DNA of 64,000 nt, taken from the NCBI GenBank assembly GCA_039030395.1, contig JBCCEF010000001.1:417315-481314 (forward strand), written 5' to 3'. Positions 24,704 through 34,599 of the stretch are shown here, piece after piece (within the stretch, counting starts at the first letter, position 1; every line of letters starts with the position of its first letter). The DNA comes from Acidobacteriota bacterium (GTDB taxonomy: Bacteria > Acidobacteriota > Thermoanaerobaculia > Multivoradales > JBCCEF01). A model generated the notes under the pieces. The model did not search any database and was not told the origin of the DNA. It worked only from the letters and a program-made list of their open reading frames with translations. Position numbers and translations under genes: made by a program.

Positions 24704-26455
24704 CTACTCCGCCCGCTTCGCCACCCGCACCGTCGAGCCGCCGGATTCTCCGGAATCGTAGTAGTCGAGGATGCCCTGGACGATCGCTTCGGCCACGGTC
24801 TGGCGGAAGGCGCGGGTCTGGAGGAGCTTGCGGTCCTGGGCGTTGGCGAGGTTGCCCACCTCGAGCAGGATCTTTCCCGGCACGGAGTTGTAGCGCAGCA
24901 CCGCCGGCACGAAGGAACTGCGCTTGCGGATGATCTTTTCGCGGATCGGCTTGGTTGGGTGGATCGCCAGATCACTCCGCCGGAACTGCTCCAGTACCGC
25001 CTCGGCGAGCTGCCGGGACAGGCCCTCGCTGCGCACCCGCTCACGGCTGGAGAAGGACAACCGCGGCTTCTCGCGGTATTCGCGGCGCGCCTTGTAGACC
25101 TCACCTCTCTTGCCGAAAGTGCCGCCGGTCATCGAGGCCGCCGGAATGTACACCGTGGCGCCGCGCAGCGAAGGGTGGAGCGAGTCCGCGTGGATCGACA
25201 AGAAGATGGTCTTGTCGGCATCGCCGGTCGCTTTGATCGCCCGGCGGTGGATGCTGTTCGCCAGGTACCAGCGCAGATTGGCGCTCACCCGCGAGTCAAC
25301 GATTTTGTAGGGCGGGCTGGTCTGCACCGCGTGGGAGCGCGAAAAAGGCAGCACATCTTTATTGTGGATGTGGAAGTGCTCGCCGTCGCGGGTAGTGAGC
25401 TCCACCTTGGCGGCGGTGCGCTCTTCGAGCAGCCGCCGCACCCGCAAGGAGATGTCGTAGACATAGAGGCTCTCCCACACGCCGTGGAGCGAGGCCCCCG
25501 GGTCGCCGCCGCCGTGGCCCGGATCGAGGATCACGGTAATGCCCTGAAGATCCCGCGCTCGCACCCGGTTGCTGAACCGCGCACTGGCCCGCAATCCCGC
25601 TTCGTACTCGCGGCGCCGCGGGTCGTCCGCCGGCAGGAATTCCGGCAGCAGGAGGTCGGTGGGAATCTTCACCGCGTAGTCCACCGGAATGTCGGTGACG
25701 TCGGCGATGCCGCTGCGGCGGGCGATGTCCTCCGCCAGGGCGTTGACGTCGGCGGCGAGCAGGCGGCCGGTGAAACGCACCACCACGCTCGAGTAGAGCG
25801 CCTCGCCCGGCTGCAGCCGATAGACGGCGTAGCTCCCCTTGCTGTCGGCACCGAAGGTCAAGCCGAAGTCCTCCGGCGAGCGCTGCTCAATCGCCGGCAG
25901 GACGGCATCGAACGGCGGCCGCAGCAGCTCCGCCGGGATGGTCACCGTCTGACCGGCGGCCAACTCTGTGTCGGAGAGCCCGTTGTGGCGGCGGATCTCC
26001 CGGAAGTTCTCGCCGGTGCCAGTGAACCACTCGGCGATGTGCCACAGGCTCTCGCGACGCATTTCGCCGTAGCCGCGGACGTGATGCTCCCAACCGTCCG
26101 GCCGCACCACATCCTGCGGGAAGAGATGCGCCGCCAGCCGCTCCTGGAACTCAGGGGAAAGGAGATCGAAGGGCACCCGGTAGCGCACACCCGCTTTCAG
26201 CTCCCGGCGGCCGTCATTGGCTTCGGCAATGGCCGAAGCGGCCTCCGAGCTACCGCACAGCCGCCGGCTGAAGGCGAGGAGGCCCTCTCCTTTCTCGGGC
26301 TGTGCCTCCAGGTACAGGCGATCCTTGTCCACCAGGGCGACAAAGCCGTCCCCCGCCGCGAAGCGCTCGGCAGCGGAGGCCTTCGCCAAGCCGAAGAGGG
26401 CACAGGCACAAAGTAGGGCGACGCACCATCCGAGTCGCCAGGCTCGCCGGGTCAT
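24704..26455 (-). CDS. N-acetylmuramoyl-L-alanine amidase (Amidase_3) with N-terminal LysM-like domains
   Basis: Signal peptide. LysM-like segments (LWHIAEWFTGTGENFREIRRHNGLSDTELAAGQTVTIP). Amidase_3 zinc-ligand motifs are present (ILDPGHGGGDPGA, FLSIHADS). Confidence 0.75.
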   Translation of the reverse strand: MTRRAWRLGWCVALLCACALFGLAKASAAERFAAGDGFVALVDKDRLYLEAQPEKGEGLLAFSRRLCGSSEAASAIAEANDGRRELKAGVRYRVPFDLLSPEFQERLAAHLFPQDVVRPDGWEHHVRGYGEMRRESLWHIAEWFTGTGENFREIRRHNGLSDTELAAGQTVTIPAELLRPPFDAVLPAIEQRSPEDFGLTFGADSKGSYAVYRLQPGEALYSSVVVRFTGRLLAADVNALAEDIARRSGIADVTDIPVDYAVKIPTDLLLPEFLPADDPRRREYEAGLRASARFSNRVRARDLQGITVILDPGHGGGDPGASLHGVWESLYVYDISLRVRRLLEERTAAKVELTTRDGEHFHIHNKDVLPFSRSHAVQTSPPYKIVDSRVSANLRWYLANSIHRRAIKATGDADKTIFLSIHADSLHPSLRGATVYIPAASMTGGTFGKRGEVYKARREYREKPRLSFSSRERVRSEGLSRQLAEAVLEQFRRSDLAIHPTKPIREKIIRKRSSFVPAVLRYNSVPGKILLEVGNLANAQDRKLLQTRAFRQTVAEAIVQGILDYYDSGESGGSTVRVAKRAE

Positions 26456-26675
26456 TGCGAAGTTCCCGCGGGGTGGGGTTGGGGGACCGCCGTCGGACAG
26501 CGGCGGAGGGAGCGGGAATCGAGGTACTCTAGATCGTAAGACATGGGAAGCCGAGATGGCGATTCGCCACAGGCCGAAAGGGAGCGTTTTTCCTTACCTC
26601 GTCAACAGTTAGCACCTTTTTCCTCAGGGCTCAGTTTAGCTTCTCGTCTGCCACAAGAGCAAACGTCGCGCCGCC

Positions 26676-27941
26676 ATGGACTCGTCCACTCCCGAGATTC
26701 TGCGTCTCCCCTGGCTGAAGGCCCTCGCCGAAGCCGCCGACGAGGATGAAATCCACCTGGTGGGTGGCGCCGTCCGCGACCAGCTCCTCGGCCTTCCCGT
26801 GCACGACCTCGACGTGGTCGTGGCCGGCGATGGAGGGAGAATCGCCGAAGCCTTCGCGGAACGCACCGGCGCCCGCCTCATCCTTCTGGGAGGAAAGGAC
26901 TTCGCCGCCTATCGGCTGATCGGAGACGGGTACGAAATCGACCTCTGGGACCGCGTGGGGATGCCCCGGCGGGACGACCTGGCACGGCGCGACCTGACCG
27001 TCAACGCCATCGCCCTCGACCTGCGGCCGGACCTTCCGGAGGCCGACCGCTGGGTCGATCCCTTCGGCGGCCGGCGGGACATCGAACAGAAAATCCTGCG
27101 GGCCACCACCGGGGGTGTCTTCGCGGAGGACCCTCTGCGGGTGCTGCGCCTTGGGCGTTTGGCGGCGAAGTTGCCGGATTTCCGGGTGGATCCCGACACC
27201 CTCGACCGCGCCCGCGCCGCCGCCCCGAAGCTGACCGCGGTGGCCCGCGAGCGGATCCGCGACGAGCTGACCCGCTTGTTCCATCTCCCCGGCGCAGGCC
27301 GCGGCGTCGAGGTACTGGGGAAGACCGGTGTCTACCCTCGGCTGTGGCTGGGAGAGAGCGAGCGACCCCAAGCTCTTGCGGCCGCGGCCGTTCGCCAGAT
27401 CGAGGCCCTACCGGAGGTCGCCGATGAGCTGACCGCCCAAGGCGCGCCGGGAGCCGATTTGCCGGCGGCGCGCTGGGTCCCTACCTTTGCCCCGGACCCC
27501 GAAGAACCGAGCGACACCGCAGCCCTCGACGCCTTCCACCAGGCCGGCTTCCTCACCGTCCGGCTGCGGGATCGCCTGCGGATTCTGCTGGCCGACGACG
27601 AGATCCCCGCCGAGCCGCTTGCCCTGCGCCGCTTTGTCCACCGTCAGGGCGACGCCTGGCCCACCGCCGCGGCCAGGATCGGCGCCCGGGCCGCCGCGCG
27701 GGATGAGTGGAGGGAGCGGGTGAAGGGCCTGCTGCAGCTCGTCGCGCAAGACGGCGACACCCTCATCGACCCGCCGACACTGCTCGACGGGATTGAGGTG
27801 CAAGAACTGTTGGGAGTGAGCCCCGGCCCCGCAGTGGGCGAAGCGATGCGCCTCATCCGCCAAGCGCAGGTGGACGGCGAGATCCGAACCGCCGAGGAGG
27901 CGAAAGGACTGCTGCGGGCCGGGCGCTCTACACGTCGATGA
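26676..27941 (+). CDS. CCA-adding enzyme / poly(A) polymerase family nucleotidyltransferase
   Basis: Nucleotidyltransferase head motif HLVGGAVRDQLLGLPVHDLDVVV, plus RRDLTVNAIALD. Confidence 0.75.
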   Translation: MDSSTPEILRLPWLKALAEAADEDEIHLVGGAVRDQLLGLPVHDLDVVVAGDGGRIAEAFAERTGARLILLGGKDFAAYRLIGDGYEIDLWDRVGMPRRDDLARRDLTVNAIALDLRPDLPEADRWVDPFGGRRDIEQKILRATTGGVFAEDPLRVLRLGRLAAKLPDFRVDPDTLDRARAAAPKLTAVARERIRDELTRLFHLPGAGRGVEVLGKTGVYPRLWLGESERPQALAAAAVRQIEALPEVADELTAQGAPGADLPAARWVPTFAPDPEEPSDTAALDAFHQAGFLTVRLRDRLRILLADDEIPAEPLALRRFVHRQGDAWPTAAARIGARAAARDEWRERVKGLLQLVAQDGDTLIDPPTLLDGIEVQELLGVSPGPAVGEAMRLIRQAQVDGEIRTAEEAKGLLRAGRSTRR

Positions 27942-28800
27942 AATCCGCCACCACCCGCTCCGGCAGCAGGCCGGCCTCGTAGCCGCGGTCGAGAAGCTGC
28001 TGCACCGCCTTGCGGCCGGCCTCGCCGTAGCCGCGGGTCCACTCGTTGACATACATGCCCACGAAGCGGTCCGAGCGCTCCGGGTCGTCCTCGATGCCGC
28101 GGGCGTAGCGGATGGCGTAGGCCAGGGCCTCTTCGCGATGGTCCAGGCCGTAGGCGATGCTTTCCGTCAGCAGGTTGCACAGGCGCTGGGCGAGGGCCGG
28201 GCCGATGTCCTTGCGCAGGGCATTGGCACCCAGCGGCAACGGGCCACCGGTTTCCCCGTGCCACCACACCCCGAGATCGACCACCGAGTGAAGGCCGTCG
28301 TCGCCGTAGGTGAGCTGGCCCTCGTGGATCACCACCCCGGCCGCCACTTCGCCGGCGGCCACCACATCGAGGATCTTGTCGAAGGACACCAGCGTCGTCT
28401 CGACCTTTGGGTTCCAAAGCTTCAGGGCGAGATGGGCGGTGGTCAGCTCGCCGGGGATCGCCACCGTCACGCCGTCGAGGTCGTCGCGGGAGAGCGGCTC
28501 CTTAGACACCACGATGGGGCCGTAGTTGTCGCCGAAGCTGGCGCCGGAGGGCATCAGCCGGTAGCGGTCGTGGAGATAGGCGTAGCCGTGGAAGGAGATG
28601 GCGGTGATGTCGTACTTGCTCTCCTTGGCGGCCTGGTTGAGGGTTTCGATATCCCGCAAGACGTGCTGGATGTCGAGGCCCTCCACATCGAGCAGCCCCT
28701 GGGTGAGGGCGTAGAACATAAAGGCATCGTCCGAGTCCGGACTGTGGGCGATACGGATGGTCTGCAAGCCGCTCGCGGCGGCGTTCTGAGGCTTGTTCAT
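27928..28800 (-). CDS. MqnA/MqnD-family menaquinone (futalosine pathway) biosynthesis protein
   Basis: 290 aa with an SBP-like fold. The N-terminal IRIAHSPDSDDAFMFYAL pattern resembles MqnA/MqnD (HSPCPND..F.F.AL). The call is tentative. Confidence 0.45.
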   Translation of the reverse strand: MNKPQNAAASGLQTIRIAHSPDSDDAFMFYALTQGLLDVEGLDIQHVLRDIETLNQAAKESKYDITAISFHGYAYLHDRYRLMPSGASFGDNYGPIVVSKEPLSRDDLDGVTVAIPGELTTAHLALKLWNPKVETTLVSFDKILDVVAAGEVAAGVVIHEGQLTYGDDGLHSVVDLGVWWHGETGGPLPLGANALRKDIGPALAQRLCNLLTESIAYGLDHREEALAYAIRYARGIEDDPERSDRFVGMYVNEWTRGYGEAGRKAVQQLLDRGYEAGLLPERVVADFIDV

Positions 28801-28901
28801 GGCGCCGGGCAGGGTATCACCGTTCTCCCCACCCGGCGAAAGAGAACCACCCAGCGTTGGCCGTAGAATGAGCCTTCCACCTTTGCCCTGGAGGAACGAT
28901 C

Positions 28902-29981
28902 ATGAATACCACCCGGTATCGCCTCGCCCTCGCCTTCGCCGCCTTCCTCATCATTTTCGGCTCGCTTCCGACCCTGGCGACACCGACCGCCCACGAGACC
29001 GACGCAGCAGCCTCTCCCTCGCGCGCCGAACTGGGCTCCCTCGCCCACACTTACTCCATCGTCGCTCGCGACCCGGCCACCGGCCAGCTCGGCGTCGCCG
29101 TCCAGAGCCACTGGTTCCAGGTGGGACCGATCGTGCCCTGGGCGGAGGCGGGCGTGGGCGCCGTCGCCACCCAGTCCTTCGTCGATCCGGGCTACGGACC
29201 GAAGGGCTTGGCGCTGATGAAGCAGGGCAAGACCGCCCGCCAGGCGCTCAACGAGCTCCTCGGCCTCGACAGCCAGCAGGGGGTGCGGCAGGTCGCCATG
29301 GTGGACGCCAAGGGCACCGTCGTCGCCTGGACCGGCGAGCGCTGCATCGCCGAGGCCGGTCACAAGATGGGCGAGGGCTACTCGGTGCAAGCCAACTTGA
29401 TGGACCGGAAGACCGTATGGCCGGCGATGGCGGCGGCCTACGAGGACTCTGCCGACAAGCCCTTCGCGGAGCGCTTGCTGATCGCCCTGGAAGCGGCCGA
29501 AAAGCAAGGCGGCGACATCCGCGGCCAGCAGAGCGCCGCCCTGCTGGTGGTGGCCGCCGAGGCCACCGGCGACGTCTGGAAGGACCGGCTGGTCGACCTG
29601 CGGATAGACGACCACGCAGACCCGCTCGGTGAAATGCGCCGCCTATACAACCTCCATCTGGCCTACGAGGAGATGAACGCCGGCGACGAAAAGATGGCCG
29701 AGGACAAGGTCGAAGAGGCGGTGAAGCACTACACCGCCGCCGCGAAGATGGCGCCGGACATCGTCGAGCTGCCCTTCTGGCAGGCGGTCACCCTCTACGA
29801 CTCCGGACGCCGCGAGGAGGCCCTGCCGATCTTCCGCCAGGTGTTCGCCGCCGAGTCGCGCTGGGCCGAGGTGGTGCGCCGCCTGCCGGCCGCCGGATTG
29901 CTGCCGGACGACCCGGAGGTGCTGGAGGAGATCCTGTCGCAGGCCACCTCTCGTGTAGGTGGAGCAGGCGGCCGGAACTAG
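28902..29981 (+). CDS. DUF1028 (Ntn-hydrolase-like) family protein, secreted
   Basis: Signal peptide. The mature N-terminus is TYSIVARDPATGQLGVAVQSHWF, typical of DUF1028. The C-terminal region is helical and TPR-like. Confidence 0.55.
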   Translation: MNTTRYRLALAFAAFLIIFGSLPTLATPTAHETDAAASPSRAELGSLAHTYSIVARDPATGQLGVAVQSHWFQVGPIVPWAEAGVGAVATQSFVDPGYGPKGLALMKQGKTARQALNELLGLDSQQGVRQVAMVDAKGTVVAWTGERCIAEAGHKMGEGYSVQANLMDRKTVWPAMAAAYEDSADKPFAERLLIALEAAEKQGGDIRGQQSAALLVVAAEATGDVWKDRLVDLRIDDHADPLGEMRRLYNLHLAYEEMNAGDEKMAEDKVEEAVKHYTAAAKMAPDIVELPFWQAVTLYDSGRREEALPIFRQVFAAESRWAEVVRRLPAAGLLPDDPEVLEEILSQATSRVGGAGGRN

Positions 29982-30170
29982 CAGGGGGGCTAGGCCGGGC
30001 CGCGCAGGCGCCCCCTCGTCGCCAAGAAGTGCCATTCTTGGCGACTCACCCCACCCTCGGCGGGCTACGCCCGCCGCCTCGGTCTTCGACCTCCGTTGCG
30101 ATCTGCTGGAAAGAGCAGATCGCCGCTTCTCCGGACCAAGTCGTCAACAGAAATCCGCCCCTCCGCCGCC

Positions 30171-31403
30171 ATGCTCCGCAACCCCTACCTCCGGCTCCTC
30201 CGCAGCAACCGCAATTTCCGGCGGCTGTGGTGTGGCGAGATCGCCTCGCTGCTGGGCGACTGGTTCAACACCATCGCCCAGTACACCTTGGTGCGAGAGC
30301 TGACCGGCTCGACCCTCGCCCTAGGGCTCGTGTTCGTCACCAAGATGCTGCCCTTCGCCTTGATGTCGCCGGTCGCCGGGCTGTTGACGGATCGCTGGAA
30401 TCGCCGGCGGCTGATGATCGGCGCGGATCTCTCGCGGGCGGCGGTAGTGTGCGGCTTCCTGCTGGTCGACGGGCCGGAGGATCTGCCCCTTCTCTTCGCC
30501 CTATCGGCCCTGCAGGTGATGATCGGTGCCTTCTTCATACCGGCTCGCTCGGCGGCCCTCCCCAACATCACCACGCCGAAGGAGCTGCTGACGGCCAATG
30601 CCCTGTCGTCCGCTACCTGGTCGACGCTGTTGGCCCTGGGCGCCGCCCTCGGCGGCTTCGCCACCGACCGCCTGGGGACCGACACGGTGTTCCTGCTCGA
30701 CGCGGCCACCTACCTGATCTCGGCCTTCTTCATCTTCCGCACGGTGATCCCGCAAAAGACCGAAGCGGCGGCCGTCGGCCCGGTGATTCGCACCGCCTTG
30801 AAGGACATCGCCGCCGGCTGGCGGCACATGCGGCATCGGCCGCGCATCGGCCGCATCGCCTTGACCAAGCCCGCCTGGGCGCTGGGCGGCGCCGGCATCG
30901 TTTACTCGCTGGCGCTGGTCGGAGAAGAGCTGATGCCGGCGGCCCCGGCGGTGGGCATCGGCCTGCTCTACGCCGCCCGCGGGCTGGGCACCGGCGCCGG
31001 CCCCATCGCCGCCCGGCGCTTCCTGCCCAACGAGCGCACCTGGCCGACGGCGATCGCCGTCGGCATCATCGCCTCAGGACTGGTCTACACCGCCTTCGCC
31101 TACCTGCCCTGGACCCTGTGGATCCTGATTCCGGTGTTTCTCGCCCACACCCCCTCCGGCGCCAACTGGGTGCTCTCGACGGTCCTCCTCCAGCAGCGCA
31201 CCGAAGACCGCTTTCGCGGCCGCGTTTTCGCCACCGAGTGGTTGATCCTCACCCTGGTCGACACCGTCGTCATCCTCCTCGCCTCTCTCCTCCTCGAAGC
31301 CGATCTCGTCACCCTCCGCCAGGCGATCCTCGCTTTCGCCGCGGTGCAGATCGTCACCGGCATCGCCTGGTGGTTGGTCATCGCGCCGAAGGAACGGGCC
31401 TGA
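30171..31403 (+). CDS. MFS transporter
   Basis: 12 predicted TM helices. MFS motifs are present (LRSNRNFRRLWCGEIASLLGDW; LTDRWNRRRLM). The track ORF was trimmed to the ATG at 30171. Confidence 0.7.
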   Translation: MLRNPYLRLLRSNRNFRRLWCGEIASLLGDWFNTIAQYTLVRELTGSTLALGLVFVTKMLPFALMSPVAGLLTDRWNRRRLMIGADLSRAAVVCGFLLVDGPEDLPLLFALSALQVMIGAFFIPARSAALPNITTPKELLTANALSSATWSTLLALGAALGGFATDRLGTDTVFLLDAATYLISAFFIFRTVIPQKTEAAAVGPVIRTALKDIAAGWRHMRHRPRIGRIALTKPAWALGGAGIVYSLALVGEELMPAAPAVGIGLLYAARGLGTGAGPIAARRFLPNERTWPTAIAVGIIASGLVYTAFAYLPWTLWILIPVFLAHTPSGANWVLSTVLLQQRTEDRFRGRVFATEWLILTLVDTVVILLASLLLEADLVTLRQAILAFAAVQIVTGIAWWLVIAPKERA

Positions 31404-31543
31404 GGTCTCCCTCGTCTCGGATCTTTCCCTTCGACTCACTACTTAAAAGAGAGACCACAAGCTGTTCATTTGAAGCAACTTGGGAATACTGGGCCAGCGC
31501 TTCGGCAGCGGCATGATGGACGGTCATTTGGGAGGGAAGGGCG

Positions 31544-32755
31544 ATGGAAGGAAAGCCGAGAACCGCTGTCGAGTTCATCGCGTCTCGCGCCGAGAAAGAG
31601 CCCGACGACGACGCTCTGGTCGAAATCCTCGACTCGAATCCCTGGGTCTTTCCGGCGATTCAGAATCTCCATCCAGACTGGGATGTCCGAGATTCGACCA
31701 AGAACCTCCAGCAAGCGCTTCAGAAGAAGAGTTCGAGCGCCAGAATCCGCGCTCTGGTCGTTTCCCTCTGCGAAGCCGGCCGAAAGTTCGAGCTCCGGCG
31801 CGCCCTCGAGCTACAGAACGGTCGCTCCCCTTCGCCGGTCTACAGCGCCGTCGCCACGTTCTCGATGATCGTCGGCGTCATCGGTGTGCTGATGACCCTC
31901 ACTGCGGACGTGGCGGTCGGCACAGACGCCGCGCCACAGGAGTTCTTCGGCACCCGCACTCTCTGGTTGTCCATCGCCCACGTCGGCGTCATCATCATTC
32001 TGCTGGCCTCGACCTCGAAGATTTCTCTGGTGAAGAAAGAGGATCGAGACGCCGAGTACATCGGCACCGTCGCCCAGCTCACCAAGGGCTGGCTGGGAGT
32101 GTGGCTGTTGTGGCTCGCGCTCTACGGCTGGTTCACCGTTGCCGTCCTCTGCAAGTTCCGGGGATTCGAGATCCCAGGTGTTCTCTTCTGGTCCGTGGCC
32201 GACCTGATCAACATCGCCACCGGCACAGCTTTCTTCTATCTCTTTCTCGCCCTCCAGTTCCCCAGCGTCGACACGGACCGCGACAAGCACCGCAGCCGGC
32301 GGTACTACCACCACCGGTCCGTTGTACTGCTGGTTAGCCTGTTCGTCGCCGGGTTCTCGATCCTCGGTCGGATCTGGACCGCCAGCGTCGATTCGGAGCC
32401 GACCATCGTCGGCATCTTGGGGCTCTTCATCCAGTCGTCCTTCGTCGCCGTCAGCATGTGCTACTTCTTCGGTCGTCTGGACAGCCATTACCTGGGAACC
32501 AACCTGCTCACGCTGGCGCCGCTTTACGCTTATGCCGTCATCCAAATGAGCTGGGGCAGCATCGGAGAAGATCCTCAGCTCTCGGCGCCGCTCTTGATCT
32601 TCGCGCTCGTCTTCAAGGTTTATCTGTACGGCCTCGCCTTTTTCTGGATCTGGAAGGGAAAGCTGCGTAAATACCTAGAGTTGGCCGCCGAACACTACCC
32701 TCAGATTCAGGTCGAGCGCCGGGACCTCGAACCGGCCTCCCCCTCGCGACCCTAG
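31544..32755 (+). CDS. Hypothetical polytopic membrane protein with an N-terminal soluble domain
   Basis: 403 aa. A ~95-aa charged N-terminal domain is followed by about 8 hydrophobic helices. The GC content is lower (~57%) than the surrounding sequence. No recognisable domain. Confidence 0.4.
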   Translation: MEGKPRTAVEFIASRAEKEPDDDALVEILDSNPWVFPAIQNLHPDWDVRDSTKNLQQALQKKSSSARIRALVVSLCEAGRKFELRRALELQNGRSPSPVYSAVATFSMIVGVIGVLMTLTADVAVGTDAAPQEFFGTRTLWLSIAHVGVIIILLASTSKISLVKKEDRDAEYIGTVAQLTKGWLGVWLLWLALYGWFTVAVLCKFRGFEIPGVLFWSVADLINIATGTAFFYLFLALQFPSVDTDRDKHRSRRYYHHRSVVLLVSLFVAGFSILGRIWTASVDSEPTIVGILGLFIQSSFVAVSMCYFFGRLDSHYLGTNLLTLAPLYAYAVIQMSWGSIGEDPQLSAPLLIFALVFKVYLYGLAFFWIWKGKLRKYLELAAEHYPQIQVERRDLEPASPSRP

Positions 32756-32896
32756 CCGCTATCAGCCTTCCTGGGCATCCCTCCGAGAGGAGGAGTCGGC
32801 GACTTCTCGGACTTCTTGCTTGACAGGATTCGCTCTCTTCTCAATAATTGACCGGCCGGCCAGTTCATAACTTCTGCCGGAGAAGGAGAGCCCTCG

Positions 32897-33502
32897 ATGT
32901 CCGCCGCCAAACGCGATCCCGAAGCCACCCGCGCCGCCATTCTCGACGCCGCCGAGGCGGTGTTCGTGGAGAAGGGCTTCGCCGACACCGCCACCTCCGC
33001 CATCGCCCGCCAGGCGGGGGTGACCAAGAGCTTGATCCACCACCACTTCGGCTCGAAGGAGGCGCTGTGGGAGGAGATCAAGACCCGCCGCTTCTCGCGC
33101 TACGCCGAAGAGCAGCACGCGATGATCGAGAGATCGAGCCCGAGCGCCGAACTGCTGCGGCAGTCCCTGGAGTTCTACTTTCGCTTTCTCCAAGACAACC
33201 CGGAGCTGGTGCGGCTGATGTTGTGGCGGCACCTGGAGCGCGATCCGACCGCCGAGACCTTCGAGCAAATGACCCAGGCCGGCGTGCGCACCATCGAGGC
33301 GTCGCAGGAGGCGGGCGAGCTGCGCTCGGATGTCTCCGCTCGTTCCATCCTGTTTCTCTTCCTCGCCGCCTCGGAGCACTGGTTCCAGGCCCGAGACCCT
33401 TACCTGACCGCTCTGTGCTGCTCGCCGGCGGACGGCTCCGAAGACGAGCGCTACCTGCAAGACATGCTCAAGATTTTCTTCGAAGGAGTGCTGCCGCGAT
33501 GA
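32897..33502 (+). CDS. TetR/AcrR family transcriptional regulator
   Basis: HTH TRAAILDAAEAVFVEKGFADTATSAIARQAGVTKSLIHHHF. It is the first gene of an overlapping three-gene efflux operon. Confidence 0.85.
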   Translation: MSAAKRDPEATRAAILDAAEAVFVEKGFADTATSAIARQAGVTKSLIHHHFGSKEALWEEIKTRRFSRYAEEQHAMIERSSPSAELLRQSLEFYFRFLQDNPELVRLMLWRHLERDPTAETFEQMTQAGVRTIEASQEAGELRSDVSARSILFLFLAASEHWFQARDPYLTALCCSPADGSEDERYLQDMLKIFFEGVLPR

Positions 33503-34599
33503 AGCCTAGACTTTGGATTCCCTTCGCCATCCTGGTGGCCGCCGTGGCCGCCGCTATCTTTCTCGCCGACCCGGCCGCCACTCCGGCCCTGAGCGAGCGG
33601 CCCGGTAGCGGAGCCGCCCGAGTGCTCACCGCGCCGGTGGAGACCCTCTCGGCCGCCCGGGCGGTGCATCTGCCCGGCACCACCCGCGCCGGCCGGCGGG
33701 CTCACCTGGCCTTCGAATCGAGCGGCCGGATCGTCGAACGCCGGGTCGATCTGGGCGATGCGGTGCGCCGCGGCCAGGTGGTGGCCCGCCTCGACGCGAG
33801 TCCCTTCGAACTGGCCGTCAGCGCCGCCGCCGCCCGGCTGGTGGAGGCGGAAGAAAGGCTGACGCAGCTCCAGCGCGACCGCCAGCGGAGCGAGGAATTG
33901 GCCGCCGACGGCGCCGCGACGCGCGAGGAGGTCGAGCAGGTCACCGCCGGAGCGGCGGCCCTAACGGCGGCCCGCGACGCCGCCAAGACGGCCCTCGAAA
34001 ACGCCCGGCGGGCGCAGCGCGAGACGGTTCTCACCGCCCCCTTCGATGGCGTGGTGAGCGCCGTCAAAGCGTCCGCTGGCGAGCAGATCGGCGCCGGCTC
34101 GCCGGTGGTGACCCTCGACGGTGAGGGCGCCGTAGAGCTGCGCGCCGAGGCGCCGGAGACGCTGCTGCCCTACTTTGCCGCCGGCCAGGAGGTGACCGTG
34201 GAGCTGCCCCTCCAGGGGCGCCGGGTAGTCGGCGAAGTGCTGTCCGTCGGCACCGCTGCCGGCAGCTCGGGACTGTTCCCGGTGCGGGTGGACCTGCCGC
34301 CGGGCCCCGGGGTGCTGCCCGGAGTGACCGCCGAACTGGTGGTGGAAGCGGGCGACCCGCAAGCCCTTTCGGTACCGCTGGCGTCGGTGATCGACCCCAG
34401 CGGCGGCCGCCCGGCCCTCTTCCGGGTGCGCAACGAGGTCGCCGAGCGGGTCACCCTGGAAGTGGGAGGCCTAGTGGGCGACCGAGTGATCGTCGCATCC
34501 GCGAAACCGCCGCTCGCCCTCGCCGACCGGGTGGTGGTCGGCGGCCAGGGATCCCTGCGGGACGGTGACGGCGTGCGCCCTAGCGAGGTCGCGCCGTGA
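33499..34599 (+). CDS. RND efflux membrane-fusion (periplasmic adaptor) protein
   Basis: Start MKPRLWIPFAILVAAVAAAIFL, overlapping the TetR stop (ATGA). Coiled-coil and lipoyl hairpin region (VARLDASPFELAVSAAAARLVEAEERLTQLQRD...). Beta-barrel segments are present. The track ORF 32848.. is a frame extension. Confidence 0.75.
   Translation: MKPRLWIPFAILVAAVAAAIFLADPAATPALSERPGSGAARVLTAPVETLSAARAVHLPGTTRAGRRAHLAFESSGRIVERRVDLGDAVRRGQVVARLDASPFELAVSAAAARLVEAEERLTQLQRDRQRSEELAADGAATREEVEQVTAGAAALTAARDAAKTALENARRAQRETVLTAPFDGVVSAVKASAGEQIGAGSPVVTLDGEGAVELRAEAPETLLPYFAAGQEVTVELPLQGRRVVGEVLSVGTAAGSSGLFPVRVDLPPGPGVLPGVTAELVVEAGDPQALSVPLASVIDPSGGRPALFRVRNEVAERVTLEVGGLVGDRVIVASAKPPLALADRVVVGGQGSLRDGDGVRPSEVAP

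Noticed and set aside
32848-33498. Upstream extension of the MFP ORF overlapping the TetR gene in another frame.
   Set aside because: It is an Arg/Pro-rich frame artefact. The TetR frame has a clear HTH, and the MFP has a proper start MKPRLW at 33499 that overlaps the TetR stop.
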